In this document: one piece after another, positions 1-6,989 of the stretch
Layout of the letters: every line of letters starts with the position of its first letter
How positions within the stretch are numbered: position 1 is the stretch's first letter
NCBI GenBank assembly: GCA_045580565.1
Contig: JAZNOB010000033.1
Coordinates: 1 to 37,456, forward strand
Origin: Ruminococcus sp.
GTDB taxonomy: Bacteria; Bacillota; Clostridia; Oscillospirales; Ruminococcaceae
Reading direction: 5' to 3'
Length of the DNA: 37,456 nt
Notes under the pieces: model-generated
What the model was told of the DNA's origin: nothing
Databases searched by the model: none
The model's input: only the letters and a program-made list of their open reading frames with translations
Position numbers and translations under genes: made by a program

Positions 1-759
1 GACAACACTTGTAGCTGCAAATCGAAGCGCAAACGATGAAGAAAACTTATTGATATCCTTTGTGAAAAACTGAATATTTCCTTCGCTTACATATCGTTTT
101 GCTTCAATATTATCTTTATCTCCATGAGTTTGACCAGGAAAACCGCTTGCATATACAGTGTTTCGATCCGCCAAAAATTTATCCATAGGCACGCCTAAAT
201 TGAAAACACCATGTTTCAGAAGCTTTTCATCGTCATTTGCATCAAAAGATGCATCACCTATATATATCAAACCATAATCATAACAGCTATGCTTATACTC
301 CTCCGCATAGTTAAAGTAATTTGCCGGAACATGAATAGAATCGGGTTCATACGTCGCAATCACCTCACTCACCTTATCTTTACATACAATAACATCAATT
401 TTTTCAATAAAAGTTCCTGCCGCTTGATTACTAATACAATGAGCATCAGTTGCAATCACATTTTTACCAACAATAAAACCTGTACCAATATATGCATCAT
501 TCATAACCAAGCGCACAACTGCAGTATTACCTAAGTCTTCATTACGATTTTCAGGCACCAATATCCTCGAGTTATCTGTATACGGTACGCTGTCCAACGT
601 ATAAGTAGACGTTGTCTTGGCGTTATAATCATAACGGACATACTCTAAGCTCGTGTTCATCGCCTGAACATTCTCAGAACAGCCAAAAGACAAACATGAT
701 AAAATCATTACCATCGACACAACAAAACCTATCACTTTAGTAAATCTTACACTCAGCAT
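1..759 (-). CDS. Secreted trypsin-like (V8/glutamyl endopeptidase-type) serine protease, 3'-truncated by window edge
   Basis: Not in ORF track. Hand translation from ATG at 759 (RBS GAGGAGG in the end of the upstream gene) is open to position 1: signal-peptide-like MLSVRFTKVIGFVVSMVMILSCLSFG, then GTGFIVGKNVIATDAHC (catalytic His motif), YDYGLI (Asp motif) and SGFPG. The catalytic Ser motif would lie beyond the window. Confidence 0.85.
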   Translation of the reverse strand, partial: MLSVRFTKVIGFVVSMVMILSCLSFGCSENVQAMNTSLEYVRYDYNAKTTSTYTLDSVPYTDNSRILVPENRNEDLGNTAVVRLVMNDAYIGTGFIVGKNVIATDAHCISNQAAGTFIEKIDVIVCKDKVSEVIATYEPDSIHVPANYFNYAEEYKHSCYDYGLIYIGDASFDANDDEKLLKHGVFNLGVPMDKFLADRNTVYASGFPGQTHGDKDNIEAKRYVSEGNIQFFTKDINKFSSSFALRFAATSVV

Positions 760-761
760 AA

Positions 762-1072
762 TTATTCCTCCTCTGCCGGTATCTCATATGGCAATGAATC
801 GATTTTAGCTACCAGATAAGCCAGTATAAGGTCACGATCAATATAATCAATGAAATAGTTACAATTTACATCTAAAGCAGTATAATCTGTAAAATCGATC
901 ATTCCACTAAGATATCTGTTCATTGATGTCAAATCAAGCATTGATACTTTGCCATCACCATTAACATCGCCATAAATCACATCCGCATCAACAGAAACCG
1001 AATTGTATGGCACCATTGCAATACAAATGCACAAAGCAACAACCGCAGCCACTAAACTTTTACTTTCCTCAT
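762..1072 (-). CDS. Small secreted dockerin-only protein; apparent frameshift near the 5' end (possible pseudogene or sequencing error)
   Basis: GDVNGDGKVSMLD...DVNCNYFIDYID duplicated Ca-binding loops and C-terminal IDSLP. RBS GAAAGGAG precedes ATG at 1072, which reads MRKVKV-stop; one extra A in the run at 1058-1061 restores MRKVKSLVAAVVALCICIAMVPYNSVSVDA, a typical signal peptide. Confidence 0.8.
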
Positions 1073-1138
1073 AACAATCGCTCCTTTCAAAAGCTAAAAT
1101 AAATAACATTACCAGACTAATTACCATCAGTTGCCATT

Positions 1139-1167
1139 ATTATACAACACATTATGTCAATTATCAA
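1139..1167 (-). promoter_or_regulatory. Sigma-A-type promoter for the dockerin/protease module
   Basis: Minus strand TTGATA-17 nt-TATAAT. Confidence 0.6.
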
Positions 1168-1245
1168 TGTGCGTATTTCACATAATTTTGAAGAATGATT
1201 TGTGCAATTTAGACAACCAACCATTTCCAAACATCAAAAACATCT

Positions 1246-1280
1246 AAAACAAAACCGCCCTGCACTCACACAGGACGGTT
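1246..1280 (-). terminator. Intrinsic terminator after the oxidoreductase operon
   Basis: AACCGTCCTG-loop-CAGGGCGGTT followed by TTGTTTT on the minus strand. Confidence 0.7.
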
Positions 1281-1302
1281 CAGTATCAATTAAAATCCAG
1301 GC

Positions 1303-1839
1303 TTACGCCTTTGAGTCTGCACCCATAGACACAGCCTTCATGTTTACCTCGATAAGGTTAGCACGCTTCGGAGGGATGCACTTCTCCATAGCCTTCTGTA
1401 CTGTATCCATATCGAAAAGACCAGTCTCAGCAAGCATTCTTCCCATGAGGATCATGTTTGCGCTGCCGTTCATGCCGCTGTCTGACGCAATGTCAGTTGC
1501 AGGCATTGCCACGAATGTAACATCATCTCTCTTGCAAACCTCATCAACAACAGAGTTGTCAACCAGTACAAGTCCGCCCGGCTTTACAGCGTCGATGAAC
1601 TTGTTATAGGACGGGCCGTTCATTGCAATGAGGATATCGGGAGTTGTTACCAGCGGAGAACCGATAGGATCATCAGAAATACATACGGAACAGTTAGCTG
1701 TACCGCCTCTCATTTCAGGACCATAAGACGGAAGCCATGAAAGCTCCTTGCCTGCCATAAGACCGCAGTATGCAAGGATCTTGCCGGTGAACAGAATGCC
1801 CTGTCCGCCGAAGCCTGCTAAAATAATTTCTGTTGTCAT
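1303..1839 (-). CDS. 2-oxoacid:ferredoxin oxidoreductase gamma subunit
   Basis: [16 protein letters not shown] and NMILMG motifs; last gene of the operon. Confidence 0.93.
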   Translation of the reverse strand: MTTEIILAGFGGQGILFTGKILAYCGLMAGKELSWLPSYGPEMRGGTANCSVCISDDPIGSPLVTTPDILIAMNGPSYNKFIDAVKPGGLVLVDNSVVDEVCKRDDVTFVAMPATDIASDSGMNGSANMILMGRMLAETGLFDMDTVQKAMEKCIPPKRANLIEVNMKAVSMGADSKA

Positions 1840-1841
1840 AA

Positions 1842-2600
1842 TTACTTCGCTGCCTCCTCTTCTGCTGCCTTATCCTTATATACGCCAAGCGGATAGTAAG
1901 GGATCATCTGCTCTCTTACAAAGTTCATTGCCTTATCCGGAGAAAGTCCCCAGTTTGTCGGACATGTTGAAAGAACCTCTACGATGGACAGTCCGCGCTT
2001 TGCAACCTGATTCTCAAACGCCTTGCGGATAGCCTTCTTTGTTTCACGGATGTGAGGAACGCTGTCGATAGCTACACGCTGTGCAAGTGCTACGCCGCTG
2101 AGAGTTGCCATCATTTCACAGATACGGATCGGATGACCTGCTGTTTCAGTGTTTCTGCCGAAAGGTGTTGTCTGTGTGATCTGTCCCGGCAGAGTTGTAG
2201 GTGCCATCTGACCGCCTGTCATGCCGTAGGTGGTGTTGTTGATAAAGATGATAACGATATTCTCGCCTCTTGTGCCAACGTGTACAGTTTCAGCTGTACC
2301 GATAGCTGCAAGGTCGCCGTCGCCCTGATATGTAAATACGATCTTGTCCGGATTTACACGCTTTGCGCCAGTTGCAACAGCCGGAGCACGTCCGTGAGGA
2401 GCCTGGATCATATCGCATCCGAAATAGTTATAGGACATTACAGAACATCCAACCGGTGCAACACCGATAGCGTCGCCTGTAAGGTTCATTTCGTCAAGTA
2501 CCTCGCACACCAGTCTGTGTACGATACCGTGTCCGCAGCCGGGACAAAAATGTGTAGGAACGTCCACCAGTGACTGCGGACGATCAAATACTACTGCCAT
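1842..2600 (-). CDS. 2-oxoacid:ferredoxin oxidoreductase beta subunit (TPP-binding)
   Basis: FCPGCGH, HGRA, GDGD...NN TPP motif, YGMTGGQ, CPTNW. Confidence 0.94.
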   Translation of the reverse strand: MAVVFDRPQSLVDVPTHFCPGCGHGIVHRLVCEVLDEMNLTGDAIGVAPVGCSVMSYNYFGCDMIQAPHGRAPAVATGAKRVNPDKIVFTYQGDGDLAAIGTAETVHVGTRGENIVIIFINNTTYGMTGGQMAPTTLPGQITQTTPFGRNTETAGHPIRICEMMATLSGVALAQRVAIDSVPHIRETKKAIRKAFENQVAKRGLSIVEVLSTCPTNWGLSPDKAMNFVREQMIPYYPLGVYKDKAAEEEAAK

Positions 2601-3661
2601 TACTGCGCACCTCCTGTAAGCTTCTTGATTTCATCATAGACCTCAGCCGGTGTCGGGATAACGCCGCCTGTTCTTCCGAAAAATTCAACCGGAATACGGC
2701 ACTCTACTGCCAGCTTTACGTCATAGATCATCTGACCCATTGACATTTCAACATCAAGGATCTTCTTGGCATTCTTAGCAGCCTCGTTCAGTTCCTTTAC
2801 CGGGAACGGCCACAGAGTCTTGGGACGGAACAGACCAACCTTGATGCCCTCTGCTCTTGCCTTAGTAACAGCAGACTTTGCAACTCGTGCAGCTGCGCCG
2901 TAAGCAGTTACTACCAGCTCTGCGTCATCGCACATATACAGCTCTGCGTCTGTTTCGTTCTCCTCGATAAGCTTGTAACGCTCAAAACGCTCCTTTACCT
3001 TTGCTTCAAGGAGAGGTGCGTCGAGGAACAGTGAGTTTACGATATTATGTGTACGCTCATTCTTGTGTCCGCATGCAGCCCAGCTGGACTTGTCCGGCAG
3101 CTCTGTCTTAGGCTCAGGGAATGTAACCGGTTCCATCATCTGACCAAGCAGACCATCTGCAAGGATCATTACCGGTACACGGTATTCATCAGCCTTGTCG
3201 AACGCCAGTGTTACAGCGTCAACCATTTCCTGTACAGAACACGGTGCGTATACCATTACATGGAAGTCGCCGTGACCTACTGCCTTTGTTGCCTGGAAGT
3301 AGTCGGACTGTGCCGGCTGGATAGAACCAAGACCAGGGCCGCCTCTCTGTACATTGATGATAACTGCCGGCAGGTCAGAACCTGCCATATAGGATATACC
3401 CTCAGCCTTCAGGGATACGCCCGGTGATGATGAGGATGTCATAGCACGAACGCCTGTTGACGCTGCGCCCAGAACCATGTTGATAGCGGCTACTTCAGAT
3501 TCTGCCTGTAAAAATACGCCGCCAGCCTTTTCCATACGCTTTGCCATGTAGGCTGAAAGCTCAGTCTGAGGTGTGATAGGATAACCAAAGAAACACTTGC
3601 ATCCGCAGCGGATAGCAGCTTCAGCGAGAGCTTCATTGCCCTTCATAAGACTTCTTTCCAC
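2600..3661 (-). CDS. vorB: 2-oxoacid:ferredoxin oxidoreductase alpha subunit (3-methyl-2-oxobutanoate dehydrogenase VorB-like)
   Basis: GNEA, GYPITPQ, QAESE, TSSSSPG, QRGGPGLG motifs; GTG start. Substrate specificity is inferred from family only. Confidence 0.9.
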   Translation of the reverse strand: MERSLMKGNEALAEAAIRCGCKCFFGYPITPQTELSAYMAKRMEKAGGVFLQAESEVAAINMVLGAASTGVRAMTSSSSPGVSLKAEGISYMAGSDLPAVIINVQRGGPGLGSIQPAQSDYFQATKAVGHGDFHVMVYAPCSVQEMVDAVTLAFDKADEYRVPVMILADGLLGQMMEPVTFPEPKTELPDKSSWAACGHKNERTHNIVNSLFLDAPLLEAKVKERFERYKLIEENETDAELYMCDDAELVVTAYGAAARVAKSAVTKARAEGIKVGLFRPKTLWPFPVKELNEAAKNAKKILDVEMSMGQMIYDVKLAVECRIPVEFFGRTGGVIPTPAEVYDEIKKLTGGAQ

Positions 3662-3678
3662 TTTAATTCCCTTCTTTC

Positions 3679-3885
3679 TTACTTCTCGATTTTAATTGCA
3701 CAGTCAGGACACATCATTGCACACATCATGCAAGAAATACAAGCGTCCTGATCGGAGCATACAGCGGTAAAATAACCCTTTTCGTTACGCTTCTCCTTCT
3801 GGATAACTACCAGCTTCTTAGGACAGGCGGAAACGCAAAGTCCGCAGCCCTTACAGCGTTCAAAACGAACCTGCATCTTTTCCAT
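3679..3885 (-). CDS. 2x[4Fe-4S] ferredoxin-like delta subunit
   Basis: CKGCGLCVSACP and CISCMMCAMMCP. Confidence 0.93.
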   Translation of the reverse strand: MEKMQVRFERCKGCGLCVSACPKKLVVIQKEKRNEKGYFTAVCSDQDACISCMMCAMMCPDCAIKIEK

Positions 3886-3928
3886 GTATATTACCTCCTC
3901 CCTGTCAGCTATAAGGACGGCAGCAGGG

Positions 3929-4585
3929 TCAGTCCTGCTCCCATACCGGTTTTACAAATACATCAACAGGTATTCTGTCCGGCACATCTGCATCAATATC
4001 TCTTCTGCAGGCTGTTCCCAATAGAGGCAGACCTGCTGTTTCGGCAACACGCTTTGCGTATTCAATGGAGTTCTCCACTGTTTCAGCAGTTGTTTCCTTG
4101 CCGAGATTTGAGTTGTTGACGATGCCCGTATGCTTCATGCAGGAAACCTGTTCGATCTCATACATAAGCTTCAGAGTTTCCTCCGGTGCTTCCGTAAGGT
4201 AGCGGTAGCAGTTGATGACATACAGCATATCAAGGTCATCCTTGTACTGCTGAAGCGCCTCGGCGTATCTGCCAAGTCCTATTGCTCCTGCATCATCGCC
4301 GCCTACGTCGATGATAAGATATCCGTCCTCATAAGCCATACGTTCAAGGTCAAAGGAAATTGCCGGAATGTCAAGACTTGTATTGGCATACATTGACGCC
4401 GCAAGTGTCACACCCTTTTCCTCAAAAAGCTCCTTGAAGTCAGCTGTACGGAAATAGGGATTTACTATATCGAAGTCAACGATAGTTACCTTCTCGCCTT
4501 TTGCGGCAAGACTCAGTGCCATATTCACAGCATAGTTTGTTTTACCGGTGCCATAATGTCCGGTAATTATGGTAATTTTTTTCAT
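3929..4585 (-). CDS. MinD/ParA/CobQ-like P-loop NTP-binding protein of unknown function
   Basis: GHYGTGKT Walker A, DFDIVNPYFR, IIDVGGD; first gene of the oxidoreductase operon. Confidence 0.8.
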   Translation of the reverse strand: MKKITIITGHYGTGKTNYAVNMALSLAAKGEKVTIVDFDIVNPYFRTADFKELFEEKGVTLAASMYANTSLDIPAISFDLERMAYEDGYLIIDVGGDDAGAIGLGRYAEALQQYKDDLDMLYVINCYRYLTEAPEETLKLMYEIEQVSCMKHTGIVNNSNLGKETTAETVENSIEYAKRVAETAGLPLLGTACRRDIDADVPDRIPVDVFVKPVWEQD

Positions 4586-4624
4586 AGAATACCTCCGCCG
4601 GGCTCAGCTTTACCCAGCTTTTCT

Positions 4625-4653
4625 ATTATACCATAATCAATTTTAAATTGCAA
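4625..4653 (-). promoter_or_regulatory. Sigma-A-type promoter of the ATPase-oxidoreductase operon
   Basis: TTGCAA-17 nt-TATAAT with TG extended -10. Confidence 0.65.
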
Positions 4654-4696
4654 CTGCTTTTTGCACTTTTCCATATTAAATCATTAAAATACACAT

Positions 4697-4728
4697 AAAA
4701 TAAGACTGAAGCCGAAGCTCCAGTCTTA
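4697..4728 (-). terminator. Intrinsic terminator after scfB
   Basis: TAAGACTGGAGC-TTCG-GCTTCAGTCTTA followed by TTTT. Confidence 0.75.
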
Positions 4729-4736
4729 CATATTGT

Positions 4737-6119
4737 TTATTCCTCATCCGGATCGGCACTTGCACCCATACGGATAGCCTTGAGTACGATAGCGCATTCC
4801 AGACGCTTCTTCTCTATCTCACAGGACAGACGATGAGCCTTTCGTGTATCGCCGGCATACTGATAGTTATTTGCATTACAGCCGCCGCTGCAGTAGAACT
4901 TAGCCCAGCACTCACGGCAGTCAGGCTTTGTGTAAATGTGCATCTTAGCAAAGTCCTTCTTCATCTCATAATCGAAGGTTCCCTCGTCGATATTGCCCAT
5001 CTTATACTTTTCCTCGCCTACGAACTGGTGGCAGGGATAGATATCACCGTCAGGAGTAATAGCCACGTAGTCATTGCCGCAGCCGCAGCCTCTCAGACGC
5101 TTGATAGCGCAGGGACCCTGATCGAGATCCAGCATGAAGTGGAAGAAGTTGAACTTCTTTCCAGTCTTTTCGTAATCAAGGATCTTCTGCATAAGACGCT
5201 CATATTCCTTGAAAATAACAGGAAGATCCTTCTCTGTAAGAGCATAGGGCTCCTTTGGATCAGTTACAACAGGTTCTACTGATATCTGGTCAAAGCCTTC
5301 CTCCAGCAGACTGAACACATCGTCCGCAAAATCAAGATTATACTTAGTGTATGTACCTCTTACATAGTACTCGCCGTCGCCACGCTTTTCAACAAGGTCA
5401 CGGTACTTGGGTATAATTCTGTCATAGCAGCCGCTTCCGTCAACACGCTTGCGCATACGATCGTTGACATCCTTTCTGCCGTCGATGGACAAAACCACGT
5501 TAGACATTTCCTTATTGATGAAATCAGTGATCTCATCGTTCAGCAGCATACCGTTAGTCGTGATGGTAAAGCGGAACTTCTTGCCATATTCCGCCTCCTT
5601 GCTTCTTGCATATTCAACGATCTGCTTTACAACGCCTATATTCATAAGAGGCTCGCCGCCGAAGAAGTCAAGCTCCAGATTTTCTCTGTTTGCAGAGTGT
5701 GTAAGCAGGAAATCAATAGCCTTCTTACCGGTCTCCAGAGTCATGAGCTTTCTGCCCTCGCCGAAATCTCCGGTAGAAGCGAAGCAGTATTCGCATCTGA
5801 GGTTACAGTCATGAGCAATATTAAGGCACATAGCCTTTACAGGAGAAGCAACAGCTACCTCCGCATACTGCTCATAATCATCTTCAGAAAAGAGGATGCC
5901 AGCCTTATGAGCCTCTGCTATTTCCTCATAACAGGAAATAATATCCTCTCTTTTATAGAAACGTGACAGCTTTTCGATAACATCCTCAGGACAGACCTCA
6001 CTGAGAGGAGGCTCAATATCAGTAAGCATATCATATGTGAGATCGTCTACAATATGAACGCCGCCGCTGTTTACGTCAAGTACAACATTATATCCGCAAA
6101 GCTTATACTTGTGAATCAT
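4737..6119 (-). CDS. scfB: Radical SAM/SPASM SCIFF (ranthipeptide) maturase
   Basis: CNLRCEYC, DFFGGEP, GCGCG...YPCHQF and CRECWAKFYCSGGC SPASM cysteines; directly downstream of scfA. Confidence 0.95.
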   Translation of the reverse strand: MIHKYKLCGYNVVLDVNSGGVHIVDDLTYDMLTDIEPPLSEVCPEDVIEKLSRFYKREDIISCYEEIAEAHKAGILFSEDDYEQYAEVAVASPVKAMCLNIAHDCNLRCEYCFASTGDFGEGRKLMTLETGKKAIDFLLTHSANRENLELDFFGGEPLMNIGVVKQIVEYARSKEAEYGKKFRFTITTNGMLLNDEITDFINKEMSNVVLSIDGRKDVNDRMRKRVDGSGCYDRIIPKYRDLVEKRGDGEYYVRGTYTKYNLDFADDVFSLLEEGFDQISVEPVVTDPKEPYALTEKDLPVIFKEYERLMQKILDYEKTGKKFNFFHFMLDLDQGPCAIKRLRGCGCGNDYVAITPDGDIYPCHQFVGEEKYKMGNIDEGTFDYEMKKDFAKMHIYTKPDCRECWAKFYCSGGCNANNYQYAGDTRKAHRLSCEIEKKRLECAIVLKAIRMGASADPDEE

Positions 6120-6239
6120 TTTATCTATCCCTTTCTCTTGAATATCAACAGGAAAAGGGACAAGCCTGCCCCTTTCTTATGTACTGATAAATCCGCACAC
6201 CGAAAGGTATGCGGATGTTTTCAGATCAATACTTTTTGA

Positions 6240-6377
6240 TTATCTCTCGCACTTCTGGTTAGCAACAGTACAGGATGTCTTGCAAGCAGACTGGCAGGAT
6301 GCCTGACACTTGCCGCAGCCGCCCTTAGCAGCAGTTGCCTTCAGATTAGCCTTATTGATAGTCTTGATGTGCTTCAT
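6240..6377 (-). CDS. scfA: Six-cysteine ranthipeptide SCIFF precursor (45 aa)
   Basis: Not in ORF track. Hand translation MKHIKTINKANLKATAAKGGCGKCQASCQSACKTSCTVANQKCER; RBS AGGAGG. Confidence 0.97.
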   Translation of the reverse strand: MKHIKTINKANLKATAAKGGCGKCQASCQSACKTSCTVANQKCER

Positions 6378-6413
6378 TACGGAGTTCCTCCTATATAAAT
6401 AATTATTTATTCT

Positions 6414-6442
6414 ATTTTATCACAAACAGCTCCATATTTCAA
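6414..6442 (-). promoter_or_regulatory. Sigma-A-type promoter of scfAB
   Basis: TTGAAA-17 nt-TAAAAT with TG extended -10. Confidence 0.6.
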
Positions 6443-6513
6443 TAGCCTTCGCCTCAAAATACAGAATTTTTACATATTGCACAACTGTGATTCATCTCAT
6501 TGGTGCATTACGC

Positions 6514-6930
6514 CTATTTATAAGGTTTACGTACCTTTGTATTGACGCCGCACACCCCACCGATACAGCTGCACAGCAGAACAAGTATCAGCTTAAGGAA
6601 TGTACCTGCTCCGGAAAAGCTTCTCATCAGCACGAGTCCGAAGAAGAATACCACGAAATAAATCACAATACCGCATACAAGCCCTGTCAGTATGCCGTGC
6701 CTGCGTCTGGACCTTGCCGCCTTGAATCCGGCAGTAAAGCTTCCGGCACACAGTGCGATAGCCGCCATACAGGAGATCATTTCCTCCGTGGCATCAAGGT
6801 TTGCCACAAGCACAGAAAAGCCTGAGAGAAACAGAATTATCGTCAGAAGTCCTGCTGCTATTGCACCAACTGCACAGCAGAAGCGTGAATCCTGAAGCCG
6901 GCAGCAGAATGCCTTGCATCTGTTACGCAT
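6514..6930 (-). CDS. TIGR04086-type integral membrane protein
   Basis: Four hydrophobic segments, RRRHGILTG and C-terminal GGVCGVN; position between yajC and scfA typical of this family; RBS GGAGGTG. Confidence 0.8.
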   Translation of the reverse strand: MRNRCKAFCCRLQDSRFCCAVGAIAAGLLTIILFLSGFSVLVANLDATEEMISCMAAIALCAGSFTAGFKAARSRRRHGILTGLVCGIVIYFVVFFFGLVLMRSFSGAGTFLKLILVLLCSCIGGVCGVNTKVRKPYK

Positions 6931-6989
6931 AATGTCACCTCCGCATATAAATGCTGCTGTGACATTCTATGTCCGCAGAAAAAGGATTA

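Noticed and set aside
1145-1160. Perfect TTGACA as the -35 of the dockerin promoter
   Set aside because: Only 10 nt from TATAAT; TTGATA at 17 nt spacing fits better.
3929-4585. Plasmid or chromosome partition ParA marking a mobile element
   Set aside because: No parB, replication or integrase genes, and it sits in a metabolic operon.
4737-6930. SCIFF locus as a novel bacteriocin cluster
   Set aside because: scfA-scfB is a known, widespread clostridial system; no transporter, peptidase or immunity gene is adjacent.
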